The notes under the pieces were generated by a model that was not told the DNA's origin, did no database searches, and saw only the letters and a list, made by a program, of their open reading frames with translations. The translations under genes were made by a program, and so were the position numbers. A DNA stretch of 63,974 nucleotides, filler included, from Malassezia furfur (lineage: Eukaryota): the NCBI GenBank assembly GCA_052055015.1. It is 5 parts of 5 records of this genome, joined end to end, with 100 filler letters (N's around TTAATTAATTAA, not from the genome) between each part and the next. Parts side by side here need not be neighbours in the genome. Positions count along the whole stretch, not along the records: positions 27,482 to 41,087 come from JBQJIT010000311.1; positions 41,188 to 54,750 come from JBQJIT010000312.1; 3 more parts are not named here. One strand, given 5' to 3'. This document shows positions 33,912 through 44,937 of the stretch, one piece after another; positions within the stretch are counted from its first letter, which is position 1; every line of letters starts with the position of its first letter.

Positions 33912-36772
33912 CTATGAGTTGTTTTGAGCATACGCATCCCAGATATCCAGTAGCTGCGCACCAATGTTGGGCTCAAGCTCGGTTCCGTCGCGCGACACCT
34001 TCACGAGGCGATTGTCGCGCCAGGGGTTGCGCAGTGCCTGGATCTCATGGAAAGGCAATGGCTTGGTGTTTTTCCACCGAATGTAGAAGGGCCGTCCGAG
34101 CTGCGACGTGGAATCGTGTATCTGTTCCGCGGCGCTGCTCGACATGGGACCTGGCTGGGAGGAAGAAGTCGCCGAGCCGCTCTCAGAGGAGGGCGCCGGT
34201 GGCTCCGCGGGAGGCGTCGCGTCCTTATCACGCACGCCAGCCTGCGCATCCGGTTTCGCGTGCGCAGACTCGTCCTCGTCGAGCGCGTCGAGGTGGCGAT
34301 TGTGGTGCGTCGCGCTTGCGGCCAGTTCCTCGAGACTCTGGTGCTCCCCCGTGACCGACTTGGCGGCGGCCGACGCCGAGGACATCGTCGAGGACACCGA
34401 GTTCGCCTTGGCCATTGCAGGAGTCTCGTCTGTACCTTCCCAGCCGGCCTCGTCGGACCTCGACGAAGGCACCGACTCGGCCACCGCATCGGTCTGATCG
34501 GCCTCGTCGCTGGCCATACGCACGAACTTCTCGGTGTGGGGCATCGCCCCGCCAATCCGGCTCGACATGGTCGCGTACCCAAAGAACTGGCCGCTAAAGT
34601 TTTCGCTGAAGAGCAGCGTGACAGCAGCCGAGTTACGGAACGCCTGGTCCAGCACCCCTTCGTTGTGCGGTTGCGTGCTCCAAACGTTGGTGCGCAGCGC
34701 CGTCACGAGCGCCTCGGCGTTGCGCGACTTGAGGATAAAGTAGCGGTGACCAAAGAGCGGCTGGCGAAGCAGCGACGAGTTGGTCGACGCAAACGAAAGG
34801 GAGTCGCCGTCGTTGGTACCGTCACGCGTGTCGTTGGCCTCACGTGCATTGACTGCGCTGTTGGTGGCGCGCTGCTCGCGCCGCTGCTCGCGCTGCAGCT
34901 GGCGCTGCTGGCGGTACCAGTTGGTGTGCACACCCTTGCCGCGCTGGGCTGCAACGCCCGCGTACTCGGCATCCTCTAAACGCCGCGGACGGCACACGAG
35001 GCGCGGGCATCCCGGGCGAGCACGCAGCGGTTTTCCATGGAAAAAGGCACAGGCGCGTTCCAGACTCGTCTCCGACACATAGTTGACAAATGCACAGTTG
35101 GAGCGCGACATGATAAAAATGGACAGGATGCCCGCGCTCATGTCCGGTACGTCCTCGGCGGAGTTTGCAGTTGCTGGTGGACTCGCCGCATCCGACGGCG
35201 CATCCGACGGCGCATCCGACGGCGCATCCGACGGCGCATCGGCGCGCGGCACGACAAACTCGGGGGGGATCTGCTCAAAGAACTGGTTGAGCTCGTCGAT
35301 CGTCACATCCGAAGGCACGTTGCCACACCACATCACAAAGTTGGAGCGCTTGACCTGCGTCTGGTCCTCGGAAACGGGCCCATTTGGCACCGCTGCGCCA
35401 GCATCAGCACCGGTGAGCGGCACGCCGTTCGCCGTAGATGACACCGCAGGGCCGCGGCCCTCGGAGGCGGCCGCGGCCGGCACTACCGCCGGCGCCGTGG
35501 CCGGCACAGAGACGGGCGATGCGACCGGCGATGCGACCGGCGCCGCATCCGGCGCTGTCTCCACCCACTCGGGGTGAGCATCACTGCGCGGCGAAGTCGT
35601 GCGCGGCGCGATGGGCGCGCGTGTACCAGCATCGTCGCCCATAGCTGCACTCTCGCGGGTCGGTTCGCTCGTCGAAGACGGATGCGTTGCGCCGCTGTTC
35701 TGTCGGCTCGACGTGCGGCGGCTGCGCACCGACGCCGTCGTCGTCGACGAGCGGCGATGGCGCGATGCCTCCGTCGATCCCGTACTGCTGGGCGGCGCAT
35801 TCTGTGCAAACGCTGGGCCGGCAGGGTGATACTGGCCCATCATGGACGCCGGTGCCACCATGTTCGGCGCGTAGCCATAGTAGGGTGAGGCGCCAGGCTC
35901 GGCATAGCCGTAGGCAGCGTACGCCGGCACGTGCGGCAGGTGGGGGGCATACCCTCCTGGGGGCCCGAGGTATATTGGTTTGGCATGCGAATGCGAATCA
36001 TACATGGTGGGATAGATTTGCCCCGACGCCGGCATCGAGCCCGCCGGTAGCGCCGCATAGCCTGTGTCGGGTGCAACGCCACTGCCCATGCCAGGCGGCA
36101 TGTTGCTGGGATAGGCGTAAGCGCCCATCCCGGGATAAAAGTAGGGACGTTGGTATAAGGGCATCGAGTATGGCATGGGCATCGGCACTGGGTGCGGATG
36201 CGGCACCACTCCTTCGGGCGTGCCGGCCGGCGGCTCGCCTTTCTCGCCACGCGCATACGGTGCTGCATCGGGGACGTATGGCATCATATAGGCCATCGAG
36301 CCGTCCGGTGCAACATATCCGTAGCAATAATAGCGCATCATCGAAGCTGGGTCCCCACTCTGCGCTTGTGGTGTATACAGTTCAGCGGCAGGATTCAGCA
36401 TGGCGTGGGGTTGATTATGATACAAAGTCGCACTGCTCGCGGCATCGGACTTGGATGCCTCGGACGCCGTAGAGAGTGGGTGAGATGGGCTTGTGCTTTG
36501 CACCGGGTCCGCCGTGGGGCCCGTAGAGGCGTGCGCCTTCAGAGGCTGTCCGCCAGAGGCGGAACACGCCGCGGCGGATGCGACGCATGCTGCCATTTTT
36601 GCATCTGGCTTGTCAGCGGCCGTCGAATCAGTATCTGCATGCGTTAGTTTCGCTCTGGGGAAGGCGCGGTGTGCGTACCTGGAATAACTTTCGAAGAAGC
36701 AGTACGCGTGTATTGTGCTGCTTCACCTTGGTTGATATCGGACACAGAACTCGTCTCGCTCGCCTTGGGCAT
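33912..36772 (-). CDS. RRM plus YTH-domain RNA-binding protein (YTHDC/Mmi1-type)
   Basis: RRM (MWCGNVPSD..SRSNCAFVNY); YTH (RYFILKS..VWSTQPHNE..LDQAF..SGQFFGYA ... GRPFYIRW..LRNPW..VKVSRDGTEL). An in-frame upstream exon MPKASETS... joins via 44-nt intron 36635-36678. Confidence 0.87.
35188..35240. repeat. 12-bp coding tandem repeat (GCATCCGACGGC), about 4 copies
   Basis: Visible directly; encodes DAPS repeats in an RRM loop. Confidence 0.85.
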
Positions 36773-37356
36773 ACAACGATAGACGCGTGTTCCCAAAAAG
36801 TTTCACCTCTCCGGAGGCAGAGATGCACAGTATAGATGGAGAGGGATCAAGCGCGTAGGACTACTCGGTTGTATGCACAACCCAAGTATGTTTGTGCCGA
36901 ACCTCCGTTTTCACCTCGGCTCGAGGCCGAAAGTCTCCTCCAACAACAATCACCAAGCCTCTCTTCGGCAAAAACCGTGTAAGCCGACAAGGCTTCTTTC
37001 CACTCTCAAGCCACAGAAACTCGACGGGAACTCCGGAAGGACACTGACACGTCCAAAATTTGAACCGTCCCAAATTTGTGCACCGAGATTCGATGGCACG
37101 TGAGATCTTTGTGCTGAGCGTTGACTTCGTCGATGATTGGGCCGCGAGCGCAATAATCGCGTTCACTTCGCTTATCCCGGGGTTAATTTGGCCGCTTGAG
37201 TAGCCGATGACAGCCGGCCCTGGAGCCAAGACATACGGTGCTTTAATACCTCGTTGGCTAGATCCTCCGATCCGCATGCGGATCGGGAATCCCAAAGTAC
37301 AGCTGTCGCGCGAATTCGAACAGCAACCTACGCAAAACCGCGTTTGGGAAAAAGAA

Positions 37357-37450
37357 AGGTCCACGCGGGGCTCGAACCCGCAACCCTCAGCTCGCCCCTC
37401 TTCGCGTCCGGAAGTAGAAGGCTGATACGCTACCATTGCGCCAGTAGACC
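37357..37450 (-). tRNA. tRNA-Arg(TCT) with 22-nt intron
   Basis: GGTCTAC/GTGGACC acceptor, TGGCGCAATGG A-box, TCAGC-CT-TCT-A..A-GCTGA, GCGGG-TTCGAGC-CCCGC, followed by TTCTTTTT. Confidence 0.92.
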
Positions 37451-37555
37451 CAAGTATCGCCGTTGTGTGCGTTTTGTGTATCTATAATCAGAAGTAATTT
37501 TTGCCTATTTCCGATCCAACACACCGCTTCCGTCTCCACGCCTGCGTCGCCAGAG

Positions 37556-38511
37556 ATGGTGTCTGCGGAGGAACATGCACAGGTCCTCGCTGAGGAGCTC
37601 GAGGTGCTCGAGAGCATCTATATCGACGAATTGGAGAGTGCGTATGGGCCCGTGTGACTCACACCGCAGAGGTCACGCCGGAGCAGCTCCGGATCCGGAT
37701 CGTCCCCGAAGACTACGAAGAAGGAAAAGTTTGTACGTGTGTGCACCGCTACCAACATTAACCAGATCCGGTATTGAGCCTCGAAGTGAGGTACACGCCC
37801 GACTACCCGGACGCCGTGCCCGAAATGGCGGTGCGCGTCGTCGAGGATGCGAACGAGACCCTCGGCGCGGCGCCGAATGAGGCAGGCACGGATGCGTCCA
37901 CGGATGCGTCCACGGATGCGGACGCCGCGGGCCCGCTCGTGAGCGACGCACGTGCGGGTGTGCAGCAGCTGCGCGCCGAGCTCGATCAGGTGGTACGTGC
38001 GACGGTGGCGAGCTAATGGCAGGCGCAAGACTCACTTGGAATGCCTATGGTCTTTACGCTCGCGTCGCACCTCCGCGAGTCGCTCACGACCTACTTGCAG
38101 AACGAGGCAAAGGCAGCCGAGGAGCGTGCAAGCCGGCAGCGCGATGCCGAGATCGCGGCCGAGGAAGAAAAGTTTCGCGGCACGGCCGTCACCGCCGAGC
38201 GGTTTCTTGCCTGGCGCGTGCGCTTTATGCAGGAGCAGCAAGCGCGGCGCGAGCAGGCTGAGGCGGAAAAGATGGCAGCGATGTCGAACAAGGAGCGCGA
38301 AGAGTACAAGCGCTACAAACAAAAGCCTACCGGACGCGAGCTCTTTTCCAAGCAGGGCACCGTCGAGGAGGAGAAGGAGGCCGACGACTCGGTCAAGGAG
38401 GTCGACTGGAGCCTGTACGATCGCGCTGCACGGGAGCAGCAGGCGCGTGACACGCTCGCCAACGAGGAGGAGCAAGAGGGGCTCGTGCCGAACGATTCCG
38501 ACGAGGACTAG
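37556..38511 (+). CDS. GIR2: RWD-domain protein Gir2/RWDD1
   Basis: EELEVLESIY, YTPDYPDAVP, LGMPMVFTL, FRGTAVTAERFLAW, PTGRELF. Introns 37638-37669, 37733-37765 and 37993-38022. Confidence 0.9.
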
Positions 38512-38514
38512 TCG

Positions 38515-39867
38515 CTATACCCGGGCATGTCCCTCTTGGGCCATCTGCAGCGCGGCATGCGCGTCGGATAGGTACGCGAGCGCCGCGCCGATCCGGCGGT
38601 CGCGGCCCTGGCGCAGCGCCGCATCCGCATCCGCCATCGGCGCCTCGACGTCGGCCGCGGACGCCTCGGGCGCGGGCGCCTCGCTGGGCGCCTCGTCGCC
38701 GCTAGGCTTGTCGGGCGGCCCAAAGTGCACCGCATGGGCCATCTGGTCGAGAAAACACGTAGAGGGCAACCGATGCTGCAGAATCATGTGTGCAACCATC
38801 GCCTCGCATGCCGGCTCCGGTAGGCCGACGAGCGCCGCGAGGCTGTCGAGCGTGATGGTGTCGTAGACGCGCGATGTCGCATCGATGTTGTGCTCCACCA
38901 TCGCCGCGTCGAGCAGAGTATGGTCGCTGCCCGGCGCGCGCGTAAGCTGGTGCGGCGCAAGGTGTGCGGCAATGTGCGCCACGAGCGGCGCACGCACGAG
39001 GCGCCGCGCCGCGACATGCTGCAGTGCCGTGCCGAGCGGCAGCGCCGCCGTGCGTGGGTCGCGCTGGAGCTGGGCGAGAAGACGGCTGCGCTGTGCGCTG
39101 ATGGGTGCGAGCAGTGCCGCAGCGACCGACTTGCTGAGCAGCGCGGTCTTCTGCGCGTCGTCGAGCGTCGGTGCGGTGCTCAGCTCGTAGAAACGGAGCG
39201 CCGCGTCGGTGAAGCGCAGCTGCCGGTCGTACAGCTCCGCCTGGCTCGGGCGGAAGGCCAGGAGCACGGGCGCGAGCGCCTCGTTTTCGCTGCTGCGCTG
39301 CACCGTGTGGACGAGCGCGCTGGCGCGCTTGTGGTACAGATCGGCCTCCGCTAGTGCATCGCACTGTAGGCACAGCCGCAAGAGACGCACGTTAAGTTCA
39401 AAGGTGTGGGCATCCGAGCGGCTGCGGCGCCCGGCGTCGGATGTGCTGTCCTGCAGCATACGCATCGCATCCGCCCAACGATGCTGTGCCTCGAGAAGGT
39501 CGGCAGCCAGGATGCGCACGTCGGTAAGCTCGTCGTCGAGCGCAACGGTCTGCTCGCCCGTGGAGGTGAGGATGTGCTCGAGCGTTGCAAGGTACGCTGC
39601 ATCGTCCTTCCCACCTGGCGTACGCGTGTGAGCATCGCGTATGCGTGCGCACAGCGCCGCAAGGCTGCGGCGCGCGACGATCAGCCCCGCGCCGACAAGG
39701 TTCGCACGGTCGAGGACAGCAGCATGGACGTACGCCGCAAGTGCGGCACGCAGCTCATCACCATGCAGATGCAGTGCCTCGTCAAGGATGCGTTCGTACG
39801 CGTCGCCACGCTCGTTGACCGCCGCGATCTGCGCCGCATCCGCGAGGCGCGCGTCGAGCGTCGTCAT
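38515..39867 (-). CDS. CSN4: COP9 signalosome subunit 4
   Basis: LADLLEAQHRWADA, FTDAALRFYELS, ALLAPISAQRSRLLAQLQRDPR, LLDAAMVEHNI..SRVYDTITLDSL..MILQHRL..LDQ (PCI domain). Confidence 0.88.
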   Translation of the reverse strand: MTTLDARLADAAQIAAVNERGDAYERILDEALHLHGDELRAALAAYVHAAVLDRANLVGAGLIVARRSLAALCARIRDAHTRTPGGKDDAAYLATLEHILTSTGEQTVALDDELTDVRILAADLLEAQHRWADAMRMLQDSTSDAGRRSRSDAHTFELNVRLLRLCLQCDALAEADLYHKRASALVHTVQRSSENEALAPVLLAFRPSQAELYDRQLRFTDAALRFYELSTAPTLDDAQKTALLSKSVAAALLAPISAQRSRLLAQLQRDPRTAALPLGTALQHVAARRLVRAPLVAHIAAHLAPHQLTRAPGSDHTLLDAAMVEHNIDATSRVYDTITLDSLAALVGLPEPACEAMVAHMILQHRLPSTCFLDQMAHAVHFGPPDKPSGDEAPSEAPAPEASAADVEAPMADADAALRQGRDRRIGAALAYLSDAHAALQMAQEGHARV

Positions 39868-39905
39868 GGCGTCCAAGGCACGCCCCACCTCCACTTCGGC
39901 CGACG

Positions 39906-41087
39906 ATGCGCTGGAACGACGCGGCGGGGCTCGGCGAGGGCGCCGCGCTGCGGGGTACGTGGGCGAAACTGACGCAGGCTGGCCGCTCGTGCACCGGCTG
40001 ATGTACGTGGCACAGCACGCGCCGGACGCCCGGCACGACGCGGCGTTGCGCGCCGCTCATGTCCTGCAGGAGCAGACGGCGGCCGTCGACGCGTACCGCA
40101 CGGCGATGGCGCTAGCCGACGCGCCGGTGGACGACGCTTGGATCGATGCGACGCATGCGCAAATCGCACAGGACCGCGAAAAGCTGCTGGGCGAGCTCCG
40201 CATGTATCAGAACAACGTGATCCAAGAGAGCATCCGTATGGCGCACCAGGACCTCGGCGACCATTTCCGGCACACGGGTGAGCTCGACGAGGCGCTGGCC
40301 CATTACGAAAAAATGCGCGAGTATTGCACTACGAACGAGCACGCACTCGAGATGTACATGCGTGCGACGCAGGTCGCATGGGATCTACAACAGTATGCAA
40401 CGGTGCTTGCGTACGCCGACAAGGCCGACGCTGTGCTCGCGACGCTCGCCGACGTCCACGTCGCGCTGCCCGGCCAAACCGAGGTGTGGCGCGCAGCACT
40501 TGCGCAGGGCAACACGGGCACCAACGCCATCCGCGCGCTCTTCCACACCGGTAGTCAGGCGGGCGGCAACGTGACGGAGCGCCCGCCCGCCGCACCGCCG
40601 ACTGGCTTCCAATCGGCACGCGATGCATGGCAGGGGCCAAGCACGTCCCACGCCGACTTTGTCGCGCGCGTGCGCGCCTTCCGTACGCTCGCCCTGTGGG
40701 CGCAGGCCGACAAACGGGCGCCGCTCCCCGACGTCGACCTCGATGCCGCACATGCCGATGCGTACGCCGACGTGGTGCCCGTGTCACAGCTCGCATGGTA
40801 CGCGGTGCTGTCGGCGCTTAGTGCACCGGCGCCCACGCAGCGTGCGCGCGCCGAGGCGCTCACGACAAGCACTGCCTTCCGCGCGGCTGCCGAGGCGGAG
40901 CCCGCGCCGCGCGACGTGCTCGTCGCGTACCTCGCGTCCGACTTCGCCAAGACGCGTGAGCTCGTGGCGCGGCATGCGCCCGCGCTGCGCCTCGACCCCG
41001 TGATCGGCGACGCAGCGCCGGCGCTGCTCGAGGCGCTCGAGGCGCGCCTCCTGGCGCGCTACCTCACCGCGTTCCGGCGCACGACGC
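39906..41087 (+). CDS. CSN1: COP9 signalosome subunit 1 (3' truncated)
   Basis: VDDAWID, ELRMYQNNVIQESIRMAHQDLGDHF..GELDEAL..YEKMREYCTT. Exon 1 (MRWNDAAG) joins via 23-nt intron 39955-39977. Confidence 0.88.
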
Positions 41088-41187
41088 NNNNNNNNNNNNN
41101 NNNNNNNNNNNNNNNNNNNNNNNNNNNNNNNTTAATTAATTAANNNNNNNNNNNNNNNNNNNNNNNNNNNNNNNNNNNNNNNNNNNN
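41088..41187. other. Artificial contig linker
   Basis: N44-TTAATTAATTAA-N44. Confidence 0.97.
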
Positions 41188-44100
41188 GCCTCGGTCGCTT
41201 CGGGTGCTGGGGCGCGCGGGCGCGGCGGCGCACGGCTTGCCTGGGACCGCGGCGGGGGCATGCGTGCGCCCGGTGCCCGGTCGTCTGCGACCGCGGCGCG
41301 CACCGTCGATGTGGCCGGTGCGGCAGCCGACTTGGTGCTGGGCTGCGGCAGGCCGTGGAACTCGTTGGCCGCTGTATATGCGGCCTGAGCCCATGCCGGC
41401 GGCATGTCGAGCTTGTGGGCAACAATCTTTTGGAGTGCGTGAAGCCACTGGCGCATTTCCGCGTCGGTGTCGGCGAAGAAGTAAATCTTTTCGCCGTCGC
41501 GGAACACGATACGGAACGAGCGTTTCTCGGGAAGCATTTCGTCCATGTCTTCGAGGTCCGCGCCGAGCGACGCGCAGTCCTCGACCACGAGTGCCTGCAT
41601 CAGGTCGATGCGCGTCGTGGGCCGTTTGGTCACCTCGTTGAAGCAGATCAGGTTGAGGCCCATAATGCGCATCGGACGCCGGCGCCACGTCTTGCAATCG
41701 CCGCCGAGCTGCGTGAGGGTACCCTTGTAGGTCGTGCCGGACTGGTGCCAGGCGAGGTTGTTCATGCTGAGCTCGCACTCTGCCAAGTTCTTGGGCAGCT
41801 CGTCCTGCATCGACACCGGCAGTGGTGGCAGGTAGAACAGGCGCAGGCGCAGCGTGCCGCGCGGCTTGCCGAGGTTCGCCGTAAAGGCGCGGTGGCGCTC
41901 TGCGCTCATGCGCGCCGCGTGACTGCCGGGCGCCGCGTCGTCCCCGACGGGGCGCACAGGCACGTCAAGGAGCAGCGAGCGCGCAAAGCACTTGCCCTTG
42001 ACCGCGTCTAGGTTCACCACGGAGCGCCCGAGCGCCCCCTGCCGGTTCGTGTAGTGCAGCATCGGCGGCACACGCACCTTGCTCAAAAAGCGCCCGCGTG
42101 ACGTACCTGCCGTGCGCGTCGAGAACGGGTGCAGCAGCCGGCCGACACCCGTGCGCGGGGCGCCTTGCGCGGTGCGCGCATCGAGCACGCCGTCCTCGGG
42201 CACAGACTCGACCAGGTGGTCGGCGTGGTCGAGCAGCAGCGTGAAGCTCAGCTCGAGGTCGGGGTGCTCGACCAGCTCAAACTCTTGCTGAATCGGGCAC
42301 AGCCCGTCGGGGCCCGCGCGCAGGTCCGACGAGGCGGTCTTGACCATGTGGATGCCATTATCGAGCACACAGTAGAACGAGGTCGGCTCCTTAGGCAGCG
42401 GCAGTGCACTGGGGATGAACGCATCGATCAGCACAAACGTGCGCCCGGTCGTCATTTCGCCGGGCGTCGCAGGCGGCGGCGCATCGTTGCCCGACACCCG
42501 GCGGAACGCATTCACCTCGTTGGGCTTGCGCAGCTTCTGCCATGGACGCTCGTCCATGGCGTGCATCGCAAACGTCGGGCGCTGTGCGACCTCGGGGCTG
42601 TTCGACTGGAACACGCCACGATCGCGCACGCGGTACTTTTGGTCGCTCTCCGTGACGATGCGCGACAGCTCGCGCTCCAGAAAGTGGCTAAACGGTCCTT
42701 CCTCGGCAGGCGCAGTGGGCGCGGCGGCCTCGGCCTCGGCGGGCGCAGCGGGCGCAGCGGCCTTGGCCTCGGCAGCCGGCGCCACCTCCGCGGCACCTTC
42801 CTCGTTGCCATCCGTCGAATGGAACTCGGTGGGCGACGCCGCCGACGTCGGCGACGTCGCACGCGCCTCGACCTCGGCAGACTGCTCGTCGAACCATGAC
42901 GATTGCCGTGCAATCTCGGGCGGGACAGACGCCGCACCCGCCGCGGCGGGCGCGGTCGCCGGCGCAGTGCGCGGCATGCGCGTCGACTCGCTCGCGCGCC
43001 GCTTCAGGTCCGACTCGATTTGCGTGAGCGGCGACGCAAACGACCGCCGCTCGTCGAGCGACGCGCGGGTCTTGGCGACCGGCCCGAGCTCGCGCAGCGG
43101 CGCAACGTGCACGCGGAGCGGCGGCGCTGGACGGCCATGGCGCGACGTCGCGCGCTTGGGTGCCTCGGCGGCCGGCGTCGACGCTGCGGGAGGCGCCGCG
43201 GGGGTATAGGATGATGCGGTGGGCTCTGGGGCAGGCGCGGTAGGCACCTCGGGCGCGACCTCGGGCGCTTCGGGCTCGGCGGGCGGCAGCTCGGGCGTGC
43301 GCTCGACGGGCAGGCCCTGGCGCCGGCGGTCCATGCGTTGACGTACCGCGTCGCGCGTAATGTGCGGCCGCACCGTACGCACAGGCATCTCGACGGCCTT
43401 GCGCGGTGGCGACGACTCGACCGGCAACAGTCCTTCGAGAGTAATGGGGCTCCAGCTTGGCAGTGTCGGCAGATCCGGCGAGGCAAGCGTTGGTGCAGGC
43501 GGCGCCGCAGGCGGCGATACCGACTCGGCATGGTCGAGGCGCCGAATTGACGGACTGGTTACCATATGCACGTCCGGCACCGGCGCGGCGGCTTCGGTAG
43601 CGACAGGGACCTCAGCTGGCAGAGCAAAACGTTCGTCGGGGGCCGCAAGGAACTCGTCCTGGAGCAGTGCATCCACGAGGTTCTCAACGCGCTCGGCAGC
43701 CATCAGACTGCTCGTGTCCTGACGCTCGTACGACACGTCGGGACGCTCCAGCACGGTGCGTTGCGTCTCATCAAACGATGGCTCGTCGCGCGCCCATGCC
43801 GCACCCAGCCCAAGCGAGGCGCCATCGCTCGTGGAAGTGATGGGCGGCGCCAGACCACCGTAGCTCATCGCTGGCGCCGGCAGCGCCGGTGCCGGCACCG
43901 GCACCGGCGAGGGCGCCGATGCCGATGCCGCATTGCGGTCTACGGGCGGCACCACATCGGTCGAAACCGCATCCGGCTCGGCACTGGGTAGCGCCTCCAG
44001 TGGTCGCTCCAGCACTTGGTCCACGTTCGCCGACATCTCCGAGCGGCTGTCGCCCGACATCGACGATGGCGCGGTGACCATCGTCATTGGCACACCCTCA

Positions 44101-44882
44101 GCATACGACTCGGTGATCACCGTGGTCGTGTGGGTGTGTGTCACAGGCTCCTCTGTGTCTTGGACGTAGGTTAGCGACACGCGTGGCACGGAGGGTGCGC
44201 CGGAGTCGGCGCGCGCAAGCGTCGTGGGAGATGGTGCGCGGCCCTCGAAGGACTCGTCGAGCAGTGTATCGACGGCAGTTGGTGCCGTGGCTTGCGTCAT
44301 GCTGTGTACCGCCCCCGACACAGCCGTGGGAATGGGCGGCGCCTCGCGCGACGGGATGGGCGTATCGTAGGCGGCCGGAGCTGTCGCTCCCCCACGCTGG
44401 CTGCGCCATGCCTGGGTCTCTTCGGGTGCCTCTGGGATGGGTGCCTCGCGTGCTGGTACGTCTTGCAGAAAGGAGGCGGAGCCCCCTGCACGCGGCATGC
44501 GCACATATGCGTCGATGATCGCTGGCGCGACCTGCGAGTCGCGCGAGACGTCAAAGTCGATCGACGCGTCTGCGGCGCTCCAACTCTCGTCGCCCGGTTT
44601 TGGCGGCGAATATTGCTCAAGCACATCGTCAATCACAAGTCGGTCGCGTGTTGCCAGAGACGGCAGCACGCCTGGGCGGCGGAACGGCGGCTTGACCGAC
44701 CGAAGCTCGGACGCCGGCACGTCCCCCGCACCCGCGTACCGCGTGGACGACGGCGCCGGGACGTCCTCGACGACGATGCCGAGACCCAGTCCACTGTTTG
44801 ACTCGTTCGTGCCCAAGGGCGCGTCAGGTGTGGGTGCGCTGCTTGGCATCGCACGCACCGCGCTCGGCTCAGACGAACGCAT
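41188..44882 (-). CDS. Bud4/Mid2 anillin-like protein (3' truncated)
   Basis: Long disordered N-term; [23 protein letters not shown] domain [33 protein letters not shown]. Start uncertain (44882 or 44849). Confidence 0.82.
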
Positions 44883-44937
44883 ATCGAAGCCCAACGCGAG
44901 GAACAACACTCGGCGCGTCGAGGTATCACGTGATTTC

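Noticed and set aside
37104..37200. U4 snRNA-like 5' end ATCTTTGTGC, plus RNase P/MRP-like (GAAAGTCTCC, CAGAAA, GAGCGCAAT) and SRP-like (GCTACTC) words nearby
   Set aside because: I could not find U4 stem I, a matching P4 partner strand or SRP helix 8, so the region is left unassigned pending an Rfam scan.
36773..37356. Possible centromere or horizontally acquired island (lower GC)
   Set aside because: It is only moderately lower in GC and short; described Malassezia centromere cores are strongly AT-rich, and there are no mobile-element hallmarks.
39865..39868. CSN4 and CSN1 sharing one CATG as overlapping start codons
   Set aside because: A canonical 23-nt intron (39955-39977) places ATG 39906 in frame, which is the more parsimonious CSN1 start.
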